A program made the position numbers and the translations under genes. Below, piece by piece: positions 7,895 through 16,031 of a stretch of DNA of 18,705 nt. Source of the stretch: an uncultured bacterium (GTDB lineage: Bacteria; Gemmatimonadota; Gemmatimonadetes; Gemmatimonadales; Gemmatimonadaceae); contig CAXBQP010000054.1 in assembly GCA_963978095.1 (NCBI GenBank), forward strand, positions 1 to 18,705. Reading direction: 5' to 3'. The notes below the pieces were generated by a model. That model saw only the letters and a program-made list of their open reading frames with translations. It did not search any database and was not told the origin of the DNA. How positions within the stretch are numbered: position 1 is the first letter of the stretch; each line of letters opens with the position of its first letter.

Positions 7895-9661
7895 TCAGTA
7901 GCCGACGGCCCCTCCGACCGACCGCGGTTCGAACACCCCGTGCCAGCCTCCCTTCACGCGCATGATCGAGTTCACGTTCGCGATGCCCGTGCTTGCCTGC
8001 AGCGTGTGTCCCATCTTCGTGAGGGAGTCGACCACGGCACCCGTCAACCCATTGCGCTCATAGCGGATGGTATCCGGCAGCGCCTGGTGGTGCAGTCGCG
8101 GCGCGCGCATCGCGTCGGCCAACGACATCCGATGCTCGATCACGTTCAGGATCACTTCCATGGTCGCCGTGATGATCGTCGGGCCGCCGGCAGCTCCCGT
8201 GACCATCAGGACCTGCCCCTGCGGATCGAGCACGATCGTCGGCGCCATCGCCGACAGCATGCGCTTGCCGGGCTTGATGGCGTTGGCCTCACCCTGCACG
8301 AGCCCGAACATGTTCGGCGCCCCCGGCTTGGCGGCGAAGTCGTCCATCTCGTCGTTCAGCAGGAAGCCGCCGCCCCGCACCCAAACGCCGGAACCGTACG
8401 AGTTGTTGAGGGTGGTCGTGGTCGCCACCGCGTTCCCCTTGGCGTCCACGACCGAGTAATGCGTGGTGTTGGTGCCGTCACCGTTGATGTTGAAGGTCGG
8501 CGTCTTGCTGGCTTTGGCGCGATTCACCTGCTGCGCGAGCGTCTTCGCGTAGTCCTTGCTCGTGAGCTGTTCGAGAGGGACCTTGATGAAGGCGGGATCC
8601 CCGAGTTTCTCGTTTCGGTCGGTGAAGCTGCGCCGGTACGCCTCGGTCAGCAGATGCGTGTACTGGACGCTGCCGAACGGCGGCAAGGGTGCGAAGTTCT
8701 CGAGGATATTGAGCGTCTCGGTCATCGTGATGCCCCCGGAGCTCGCGGGCGGCATCGTGAAGAGCGTGTAGCCGCGGTAGGTGCTCTTGATCGGCGTGCG
8801 CCACTCCGGCTTGTAGCGGCGCAGGTCCTCCTTGGTGATGATGCCGCCACTGCGCGTAATCTCCGCCACGAGTGAATCCCCGACTTCGCCGTCATAGAAG
8901 GCCTTGACCCCCTGCGCCGCGATCAGCCGAAGTGAACGCGCGAGGTCGGGCTGTGTGAAGGTCGAGCCGGGTTTGGGGGCTTCGCCGCCGGGGTAGAACA
9001 CGGCCTTTCCCTCGAACTGACCGAGCAGGTTCCGCGCACCGTTGAGTCCGCGCGAGAACGCACTATCGACGACGAACCCCTGCGCCGCCAACCGGATGGC
9101 CGGTGCCATCACCTGAGCCAGCGTCATCGTGCCGTACTTGGTGAGCGCCTCGTTCATCCCGGCCACCGCACCGGGGACGCCGACCGCCAGGGGGCCGACC
9201 ACACTCTTGTTCGTGAGCTTGCCATTGGCATCGAGGTACATGTCGCGCGTGGCGGCCAGGGGCGCCACTTCACGATAGTCGATCGCCGCCGATCGCCCGT
9301 CTGCCATGCGGATGTTCATGAAGCCGCCGCCGCCGATGTTCCCCGCCGACGGATATGTGACCGCCATCGCGAATCCGGTCGCGACCGCCGCGTCGACCGC
9401 GTTCCCGCCCGCCTTGAGAATCTCGATCCCCGCTTCGCTGGCAAGCCGCGAGTTGCTCACCACCATCGCATGCTCCGATTCGGTGGCGAGGGTTCCCGTC
9501 GGGAACCGCCAGCCGCCCGGAAAGGCGGCTTGGGTGGTGTTGTCGGCCGCTGAGGATGCGCGGGACGCGGAGCCGGCGGTCGACGCGCGGCAGGCGGCGA
9601 CGACGAGGCCGGCGCAGCCGGCGGCGACGAGCGTACGGACCATCGTGGAGCGAGCAGTCAC
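7895..9661 (-). CDS. ggt: Gamma-glutamyltransferase (glutathione hydrolase family), predicted lipoprotein
   Basis: GGNAVDAA, GNIGGGGF, DYRE, autoprocessing site N-TTHYSVVD, TTTLN, NDEMDDF, PGKRMLSAM, GAAGG. Signal peptide with lipobox-like VVAAC. Start placed at GTG 9661 because GAGGGAG precedes it at normal spacing (the track's start is 9691). Confidence 0.93.
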   Translation of the reverse strand: MTARSTMVRTLVAAGCAGLVVAACRASTAGSASRASSAADNTTQAAFPGGWRFPTGTLATESEHAMVVSNSRLASEAGIEILKAGGNAVDAAVATGFAMAVTYPSAGNIGGGGFMNIRMADGRSAAIDYREVAPLAATRDMYLDANGKLTNKSVVGPLAVGVPGAVAGMNEALTKYGTMTLAQVMAPAIRLAAQGFVVDSAFSRGLNGARNLLGQFEGKAVFYPGGEAPKPGSTFTQPDLARSLRLIAAQGVKAFYDGEVGDSLVAEITRSGGIITKEDLRRYKPEWRTPIKSTYRGYTLFTMPPASSGGITMTETLNILENFAPLPPFGSVQYTHLLTEAYRRSFTDRNEKLGDPAFIKVPLEQLTSKDYAKTLAQQVNRAKASKTPTFNINGDGTNTTHYSVVDAKGNAVATTTTLNNSYGSGVWVRGGGFLLNDEMDDFAAKPGAPNMFGLVQGEANAIKPGKRMLSAMAPTIVLDPQGQVLMVTGAAGGPTIITATMEVILNVIEHRMSLADAMRAPRLHHQALPDTIRYERNGLTGAVVDSLTKMGHTLQASTGIANVNSIMRVKGGWHGVFEPRSVGGAVGY

Positions 9662-9682
9662 GGGATTCTCCCTCACCAGTGG

Positions 9683-9706
9683 CGCGGTCACAGTTGGCCG
9701 ACCGCG
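9683..9706. promoter_or_regulatory. Perfect 7-bp inverted repeat CGCGGTC-N10-GACCGCG in the ggt leader (5' hairpin or operator)
   Basis: Arms at 9683-9689 and 9700-9706, lying between the candidate -10 element and the ggt SD. Confidence 0.35.
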
Positions 9707-9715
9707 AATCGTCCC

Positions 9716-9724
9716 CTAACTTAG
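9716..9724. promoter_or_regulatory. Candidate bidirectional promoter core CTAACTTAG (overlapping -10 elements for murQ and ggt)
   Basis: TAACTT on + (9717-9722) and TAAGTT on - (9723-9718). It is the only AT-rich patch between the divergent genes. Confidence 0.5.
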
Positions 9725-9761
9725 CCATGAGCCGCCTCCTCCCGCATCCCCGGACTGCCCC

Positions 9762-10676
9762 GTGTCGCCTCCGCTCCGCGAAACCGAACTCCCGAATCCC
9801 CGCACCGTCGATCTCGATCTGGCAACGCCATTGCAGATCGTCGACCTGATCAACACCGAAGACCAGACGGTCGCGGCTGCGGTCCACGCTCAGCGTGAAC
9901 CCATCGCGGCCGCCGTCACCGCTGCCGCGCGCGCACTGCGCAGTGGGCGCCGCGTCATCTACATCGGTGCCGGCACGTCCGGCCGCCTCGGCGTGCTCGA
10001 CGCCAGCGAGATCCCGCCGACCTTCGGGGAGGAGCCCGGACGCTTCGTGGGGTTGATCGCCGGCGGTGAGCGCGCGCTGCGACACCCGATCGAGGGAGCG
10101 GAGGACCGCCCTGATGGTGGGCGCCACGATCTGGTGGACGCGCGGATCGAAGTCGGGGATTTCGTCGTCGGGGTCGCGGCCAGCGGCAACACGCCCTACG
10201 TGCGCGCGGCCCTCGAGTTCGCGCGCGGCGTCGGATGCCCCACCGCGTTGATCTGCTGTGCAACGCCGATGGAGGAGGTCCGGAGAGCCGTCGACATCCT
10301 CATTCACGTGGAGACGGGACCCGAGGTCCTGACCGGCTCCACCCGCATGAAGGCTGGTACCGCCACCAAACTCGTGCTGAACACGATCTCCACCGGCGCG
10401 ATGGTTCGCATGGGGAAGACGTACCGGAATCTGATGGTCGACCTGATGGCCACCAACAGCAAGCTGGTCGATCGCGCCGAGCGGATCTTCATGGAGGTCT
10501 GCAGGACGGACCGGGCGACGGCACGGTCCGCGATCGACTACGCCGAGGGGAGCGTGAAGCTCGCCATCGTCATGTATGAGAAACGGGTCACCCGCGAGCA
10601 GGCGCTGATGCTCCTGGACATCAAGGACGGCTTCGTGCGCGAGATCATCGGCCCCATGCCCTTGCCGATCCGATGA
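9762..10676 (+). CDS. murQ: N-acetylmuramic acid 6-phosphate etherase
   Basis: TE..NP.T..LD, GAGTSGRLGVLDASE.PPTF, GAED, AASG.TPYV, GPEVLTGSTRMKAGTA, NLMVD..ATN.KL. Confidence 0.96.
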   Translation: MSPPLRETELPNPRTVDLDLATPLQIVDLINTEDQTVAAAVHAQREPIAAAVTAAARALRSGRRVIYIGAGTSGRLGVLDASEIPPTFGEEPGRFVGLIAGGERALRHPIEGAEDRPDGGRHDLVDARIEVGDFVVGVAASGNTPYVRAALEFARGVGCPTALICCATPMEEVRRAVDILIHVETGPEVLTGSTRMKAGTATKLVLNTISTGAMVRMGKTYRNLMVDLMATNSKLVDRAERIFMEVCRTDRATARSAIDYAEGSVKLAIVMYEKRVTREQALMLLDIKDGFVREIIGPMPLPIR

Positions 10677-11839
10677 ACGCACGGGTGCTGGTCGGACTCA
10701 TGTCGGGAACATCACTCGACGGCATCTCCGCGGCGGTAGTGCGAGTGCGCACCGCGGATGACGGCCGGCGGAGTGCGGAGTTGCTGTCGTTCGTCTCACG
10801 GCCGTACTCGAGCGTGCAGCGGGCGCGGTTGGCGGACGTGATGGTCGGGACGAACCCGGCCGAAACCACACGCCTCGACTTCGCGCTCGGGGGGTGGCTC
10901 GCCGATGCGGCGGTGCAGGCCATCGCCGAGAGCGGGGTGCCACGGCACGACATCGCGGCCATCGCCTCGCACGGACACACGGTATGGCATGAGCCCCCCT
11001 ACGCCACGTGGCAGTTCGGGCAGCCCGCGGTCATCGCCGAGCGGACGGGCCTGCCGGTCATCAGCGACTTCCGCGTGCGTGACGTGGCGGCGGGCGGCCA
11101 AGGCGCGCCCTTGGTGCCGATCGCGGACGCCCTCCTGTTCGGGGCGCCGACCCACTGGCGTGCCCTGCAGAACCTCGGCGGGATCGGAAACGTCACCATC
11201 GTGCCGCCGGGACCGGCCCCCGAACTGACGGCGGTGCGCGCCTTCGACACCGGACCGGGCGTCTGCGTGATCGACGCGGTCGTACGCGCGCTCGTTCCCG
11301 GCATGCTCTTTGATACCGATGGGGCGCTCGCGCGAGCGGGAACACCCCTCGACGACATCGTCACCGAGCTGCTCGAACTCCCATTCTTCCATGCGGAGCC
11401 GCCGAAAAGCACGGGACGTGAACTGTTCACGCCGGACTTCGTCGATGCGTTCATCGCCCGCTGCCTCCACGCGCGCCCCGACTGCTCGGCGCCGGACATC
11501 GTCGCGACGGCCACGGCGCTCACCGCACGGAGCCTCGCCTTGGCGTTTGCGCGCTTCATTCCGGAACCCGTCGCCGAGATCGTGCTCTCCGGCGGCGGTG
11601 CCCGAAACCCGGCGTTGGTCGCGGCCATCGAACAGGCGCTTGCGCGTGTGCCGGCCGCACCGGGCTTCCTGACAAGACGCGTGGTGCCGTTCGACGACCT
11701 CTTTTTCGATGGCGAGGCCAAGGAAGCCGCGGCATTCGCCTTGCTCGGCGCCTTGCACCTCGAAGGCGTCCCGGGCAACGTCCCCTCCGCCACCGGCGCC
11801 CGCGGCCCGCGAATTCTCGGCAGCTTCACGCCCGCGTGA
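10673..11839 (+). CDS. anmK: Anhydro-N-acetylmuramic acid kinase
   Basis: GLMSGTSLDG, SHGHT, DFR..DVAAGGQGAPLVP, NLGGIGN, FDTGPG, PPKSTGRE, GGGARN, KEAAAFA. ATGA overlap with murQ. Confidence 0.96.
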   Translation: MNARVLVGLMSGTSLDGISAAVVRVRTADDGRRSAELLSFVSRPYSSVQRARLADVMVGTNPAETTRLDFALGGWLADAAVQAIAESGVPRHDIAAIASHGHTVWHEPPYATWQFGQPAVIAERTGLPVISDFRVRDVAAGGQGAPLVPIADALLFGAPTHWRALQNLGGIGNVTIVPPGPAPELTAVRAFDTGPGVCVIDAVVRALVPGMLFDTDGALARAGTPLDDIVTELLELPFFHAEPPKSTGRELFTPDFVDAFIARCLHARPDCSAPDIVATATALTARSLALAFARFIPEPVAEIVLSGGGARNPALVAAIEQALARVPAAPGFLTRRVVPFDDLFFDGEAKEAAAFALLGALHLEGVPGNVPSATGARGPRILGSFTPA

Positions 11840-13317
11840 ATATTGCCTCGCTCCTCGTCCCGACGCTCCCGTGGGATCCGTCGAACGGTTTCAGCTATCT
11901 GCGCGAGAGCATCGACGATGCCCTCGAACTGGGGGTGGGCGGGTTCATCATTCGTGGTGGCCCGAAGGATGAGGTCGCCGCGCTCGCGGCGGCGCTGCGG
12001 GGCGCGTCCCGAGAGCCCGTGCTGCTGGCCTCCGACGCGGAGCGCGGGGCGGGAGAGCAATATCCGGGATGCACCGAGCTTCCGCCGCTGGGCGCCCTCG
12101 GCGCGTTGGCCCGACACGATGCCTCGGGGATCGCACGCCGCGCTGCCCGCATCACCGCGCGCGAGCTTCGGACGCTGGGACTCAACTGGGCGCTGGCTCC
12201 GGTCTGCGACATCGATCTCGAGCCCGGCTCCCCGGTCATCAGCGTCCGCTCCCCCGGCGCCGAGCCGGCACGGGTGTCGGCCTTCGTCAGCGAATGGATC
12301 GATGCCTGCCAAGCCGAGGGGGTGCTCGCGTGCGCGAAGCACTTTCCGGGGCATGGACGGGCGCAGGGCGATTCGCATCTCGAGGCCCCCAGCGTCGCGG
12401 GGCGTCCGGACGAGCTCTGGCGCGCGGATCTGGATCCCTTCCGCGCCGTCATCGACAGCGGCGTCGGCAGCATCATGGTCGCGCACGCGCGCTACCCTAC
12501 ACTCGACCCCCGCGATCTGCCCGCCTCGCTCTCCGAACCGATCGTCACGCAGTTGCTCCGCGCGACCATGGAGTTCGAGGGGCTCATCGTGAGCGATTCC
12601 GTCGACATGCGCGCCGTGCGGGCGCTTGGCACCGAGTCGGCGGTCTGCGTGAGCGCGCTCGCCGCCGGCTGCGATGTGCTCCTCGGCGTCGCCGACCCGT
12701 ACGAGGTCGTCGCGGCCGTCACGAACGCCATCCGCGACGGTGCACTCGACGCGGAATCCGTGCGCCAGTCCATCGCGCGCCGCGCGCAATGGGCAGGCTG
12801 GGCCTCGTCCGCGCTGCCGCGCGACACCTCCCTGGATGATCTGATGTGGGTTCGGCAGATGGCCGATCGCGCCATCCACGTTGTGCGGGGCGCGGCCCCG
12901 CGCTTCGCACAGGCCGTGGAAGTCGTGGTCGTGGACGAGGACGCCGCCGGCCCGTGGCCCCCGCGGATGCGCGGCGCGTTCGAATCCACGCTCCGGTCGC
13001 TCGACGTGGACGCGCCCGTGGTGACGGAGCCCACGCGCCATACCAAGGTGCCCGTCCTGATCGCGGTCTACTGCGACGTGATCGCCTGGAAGGGATACGA
13101 TGCGCCGTCGGACGAGGCCCGCGCCGCAGTCGCACGGGCAGTGGCGGTCGCCGCGGCGCAACAGCGCGATTCCACCGTCATCGTGTTCGGCCATCCGCGT
13201 CACGCCGCCGCGCTCCCCGCGGCGTCGGGAATCGTATGTGCGTGGGACGGGTCACCGGTCATGCAGGCTGCCGCCGCGCGCGCATTGACGCGCGGTCTCC
13301 TGCACGCCACGCGTTAG
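11836..13317 (+). CDS. nagZ: GH3 beta-N-acetylglucosaminidase (NagZ-like), two-domain, no signal peptide
   Basis: NagZ signature KHFPGHG-x4-DSH, nucleophile region LIVSDSVDM, APVCDI, IMVAH. Extra C-terminal alpha/beta region. GTGA overlap with anmK. Confidence 0.88.
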   Translation: MNIASLLVPTLPWDPSNGFSYLRESIDDALELGVGGFIIRGGPKDEVAALAAALRGASREPVLLASDAERGAGEQYPGCTELPPLGALGALARHDASGIARRAARITARELRTLGLNWALAPVCDIDLEPGSPVISVRSPGAEPARVSAFVSEWIDACQAEGVLACAKHFPGHGRAQGDSHLEAPSVAGRPDELWRADLDPFRAVIDSGVGSIMVAHARYPTLDPRDLPASLSEPIVTQLLRATMEFEGLIVSDSVDMRAVRALGTESAVCVSALAAGCDVLLGVADPYEVVAAVTNAIRDGALDAESVRQSIARRAQWAGWASSALPRDTSLDDLMWVRQMADRAIHVVRGAAPRFAQAVEVVVVDEDAAGPWPPRMRGAFESTLRSLDVDAPVVTEPTRHTKVPVLIAVYCDVIAWKGYDAPSDEARAAVARAVAVAAAQQRDSTVIVFGHPRHAAALPAASGIVCAWDGSPVMQAAAARALTRGLLHATR

Positions 13318-14729
13318 CGGACGATTCCCTTCGCCTCCGCGGGCATCTGGTCGGCAAGCTTGCGCGCCGGCACGGCGTAGATGATGCGCCCGCCACTTTC
13401 AGCCGCACCGCCGTACAGCACTCCGATCACGTAGCCGCGCGCATCGAAGATCGGACTGCCACTCGAGCCCTCGGCGGCGAACGCGTCGAACTGGATGACG
13501 TTCTCGAGCACTTTGCTCACGGTCGCCACGCCGAGCGTCGACACGGCCAGCAGGCTCGAGATATCACCTTCCATCCCCGCCGTCGACGTGCCCAGGGGAT
13601 ATCCGATGATGGCGGCCGGCACGCCGACGCGAATGTCCGGCGTGCGCGAGACGCCCGCAACGGTGGGGAATGGCCCCTCGCGGTCGAGTTTGATCCACGC
13701 CAAATCGTCCGTGTCGCTCACCTTGATCACGTGGCCGGGCATCCACGCCGCCTTCGTCTTGTCGAACTCGACGGCGATCCGGACCGCGGCTCCGCCCGTT
13801 TCGTCCTGCACGACGTGCTTGTTGGTCACGACCAGGCCGGACGGGAGCACGTTGAAGCCGGAGCCGGAGACTTTCTTCCCGCTCGGCAACTGCACGGCGA
13901 TGAACACGACCGCGGGCGAACTCTTGGCCGCGATCGCTTCGTAATCCAGTTGTGCGGCCGACACGATCTGCCGCTGGCGGCTCTCGGCGGCGAGCAACCG
14001 CTGCGCCAAGTCCTCGTGCTTGCCGCCGCTCGCGAGCTCGCTGCGGAGTTTGTCGCCTTCCGCCTTGCTGAGTGCGAGCGCCGAGTCGAGCCCGTTGACC
14101 TTGCCTTTCATCGCGCCGACGGTCTTCGCCACGAGCGCCGTGAGCGAATCGTTGCGCGCCAATGCCGCCTTCAGCTCCTGCTCCGCCTTGTCGCCCGTCC
14201 GCTTGCCGTACACGACGACTCCACCCACCACGAGCACCACCAGCGCCGCGAGTGCGATCACCATGGTCCGCAGCGAATGTGTCTGCTCCTTGACGGCGAT
14301 GGCCACGCGCGCCTGCGTGTCGAGACGCCCGCTCCCCGTGGAAGCCGCGACGCTCGCACGGGCGGCGGCGATTCCCGCATCCTGGCTGCTCGCGACGCGC
14401 GTGGCCTCGGGAGGACGAGCCGCCGCCGCGCGCAACTCCAAGCGGGGGCCATTGGCCCCGAGCGAGATCACGTCGCCGTCATAGATCGGACGGTCTTCGC
14501 GCACGCGCTCGCCGTTGACGAAGGTGCCGTTGGTGCTGTTGCTGTCGTGGATCACCAACCGCGCGCCGATCACCTTGATCTCGCAGTGCATCCCGGACAC
14601 GTCGGTATCGAGCTCGGGATGGAATCGCACATCGTTCGCCGGATGACGTCCGATGCGGATCAGCGGCATCTCCAACAGTTCGTGCTGACCGGCCCGCGAG
14701 CCGGAAGTGATCGCCAGTTCAACGCGCAT
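13314..14729 (-). CDS. FHA domain - TM helix - coiled coil - trypsin-like (S1) serine protease fusion (471 aa)
   Basis: FHA residues G27-R28, S45-x-x-H48, N67-G-T. TM at about 156-174. Helical linker at about 180-260. Triad motifs VTNKH(305), DD(342)LAW, GSS(423)GSP. No PDZ domain. Stop overlaps the nagZ stop (TTAG 13314-13317). Start overlaps the PP2C stop (TGATG). Confidence 0.9.
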   Translation of the reverse strand: MRVELAITSGSRAGQHELLEMPLIRIGRHPANDVRFHPELDTDVSGMHCEIKVIGARLVIHDSNSTNGTFVNGERVREDRPIYDGDVISLGANGPRLELRAAAARPPEATRVASSQDAGIAAARASVAASTGSGRLDTQARVAIAVKEQTHSLRTMVIALAALVVLVVGGVVVYGKRTGDKAEQELKAALARNDSLTALVAKTVGAMKGKVNGLDSALALSKAEGDKLRSELASGGKHEDLAQRLLAAESRQRQIVSAAQLDYEAIAAKSSPAVVFIAVQLPSGKKVSGSGFNVLPSGLVVTNKHVVQDETGGAAVRIAVEFDKTKAAWMPGHVIKVSDTDDLAWIKLDREGPFPTVAGVSRTPDIRVGVPAAIIGYPLGTSTAGMEGDISSLLAVSTLGVATVSKVLENVIQFDAFAAEGSSGSPIFDARGYVIGVLYGGAAESGGRIIYAVPARKLADQMPAEAKGIVR

Positions 14730-15913
14730 CAGTTGCGATTTCGAAGGAAGATCCAGAGGACCACGACGGCCGCGATGACCCCGAACACCAGCCGCAGGAC
14801 GCCGACGGGAACCCGGGCCTCCGGGGGCACAGGCGTCGGTGGCGTGGCCCGGGGCGATGCGGCGGTTTCACGCGTCGTCGGGATGTCGGATGCCGCGGGG
14901 CTCGACCTGCCCGACGTAACGGGCACCGCCGCGCCTCCGGAGGCGCGGCGTTCCTCGTCGGTCTCGGCCGGCAGGTCCGACGCCGACACCCGCACCGTTG
15001 GGCGTGCGTCCACTTCGCCCGTGTACACCCGATGTCCGACCAGGGATTCGCGACTCGACTTCGGCAAGCCGTCACCATCGAACCGCGCCACGATCACGGT
15101 GATGTTGTCCGGACCCCCGTTCTCGTTGGCCAACGCGATCAGATCCGTGCACGCCCCCTCGACGTCAGGGAGGCGCGCCGTCACGATGCGCGCCATGTCC
15201 GTCGAGCGCATCTGCCCCGACAGTCCGTCGCTGCACAACACGAGGATGTCGCCGCGACACACTTGCTGATGCGTGAGATCGACGCGGACGACCGATTCCG
15301 GACCGAGTGCCTGGAGGATGATGTTGCGCCGAGCGCTGACCTCGGCCTCCTCGGGGGTCAACTCACCGGCTTCGATCAACTTCTGCATCAGCGATTGATC
15401 CTTGGTGATCTGCTGCGCGACGCCATCGCGAATCAGATACGCCCGACTGTCGCCGACTTGCGCCAGGTACAGCGTGTCGCCCAGCAGGCCGGCGATCGTC
15501 GCGGTCGTCCCCATCCCGCGGTTCTCCGGATGCTCGGCGGCGTAGGTATGGATGCGCGCGTTGGCGGTCTCGGTGGCCGCTCGAATGGCCACGGCGAACG
15601 TCTCGGGGTCGGTGATTCCCGATCGACACCACTTGGCGTCGAGCTCCCCCAGGACCGCCTGTGTGGCGATCGCGCTCGCGACCTCACCGGCCGCCGCTCC
15701 CCCCATGCCGTCGGCCACCATGAACAGCGTGCCGCGATCCCCGAGCCTGTGCTCCTGCACCTGCGGGCCCAGGGAATCGTCCATCGTGGTCAAGTCGGCG
15801 ACGAGGAAGGCGTCCTCGTTGTGTTCGCGCGTGCGGCCGACATCGGTCTTGCCGAAAACGCGGACGCTGACCGAGCTGCCGCCCAACGCTGGATTCGCAG
15901 TCACAGGGAGCAC
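14729..15913 (-). CDS. PP2C/PPM-family Ser/Thr protein phosphatase (Stp1/PrpC-like) with a C-terminal membrane anchor
   Basis: TDVGR.REHNED, VADGMGG, GMGTT, VGDSR, RNII, LCSDGL, GGPDNIT. Ser/Thr/Pro-rich tail ending in a hydrophobic helix (VLRLVFGVIAAVVVLWIFL). Start is GTG 15913 or GTG 15904. Confidence 0.94.
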   Translation of the reverse strand: MLPVTANPALGGSSVSVRVFGKTDVGRTREHNEDAFLVADLTTMDDSLGPQVQEHRLGDRGTLFMVADGMGGAAAGEVASAIATQAVLGELDAKWCRSGITDPETFAVAIRAATETANARIHTYAAEHPENRGMGTTATIAGLLGDTLYLAQVGDSRAYLIRDGVAQQITKDQSLMQKLIEAGELTPEEAEVSARRNIILQALGPESVVRVDLTHQQVCRGDILVLCSDGLSGQMRSTDMARIVTARLPDVEGACTDLIALANENGGPDNITVIVARFDGDGLPKSSRESLVGHRVYTGEVDARPTVRVSASDLPAETDEERRASGGAAVPVTSGRSSPAASDIPTTRETAASPRATPPTPVPPEARVPVGVLRLVFGVIAAVVVLWIFLRNRN

Positions 15914-16031
15914 GTCAAGTGGTGGGCGACGCAGCGATGAGACGAGCGAAGGCTCGACGTCGTGCGACGGGAACGTACGATGGCACCACGGCGGCCGCTC
16001 GAGCCGTGATGCACGTCACGGGAACTCCGGC

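Noticed and set aside
9727..9849. 40-codon ORF starting at ATG 9727 just after the TAACTT element
   Set aside because: Out of frame with and overlapping murQ, only 4 nt from the hexamer, and the composition is not protein-like.
10999..13203. 734-aa - strand ORF (likewise 1912..3870 and 9270..10682)
   Set aside because: These lie antisense to anmK/nagZ, priA and murQ respectively. Long stop-free shadows are expected at this GC content.
12846..15269. 807-aa + strand ORF
   Set aside because: Overlaps nagZ out of frame and lies antisense to the protease and PP2C genes. Arg-rich with no motifs: a high-GC shadow ORF.
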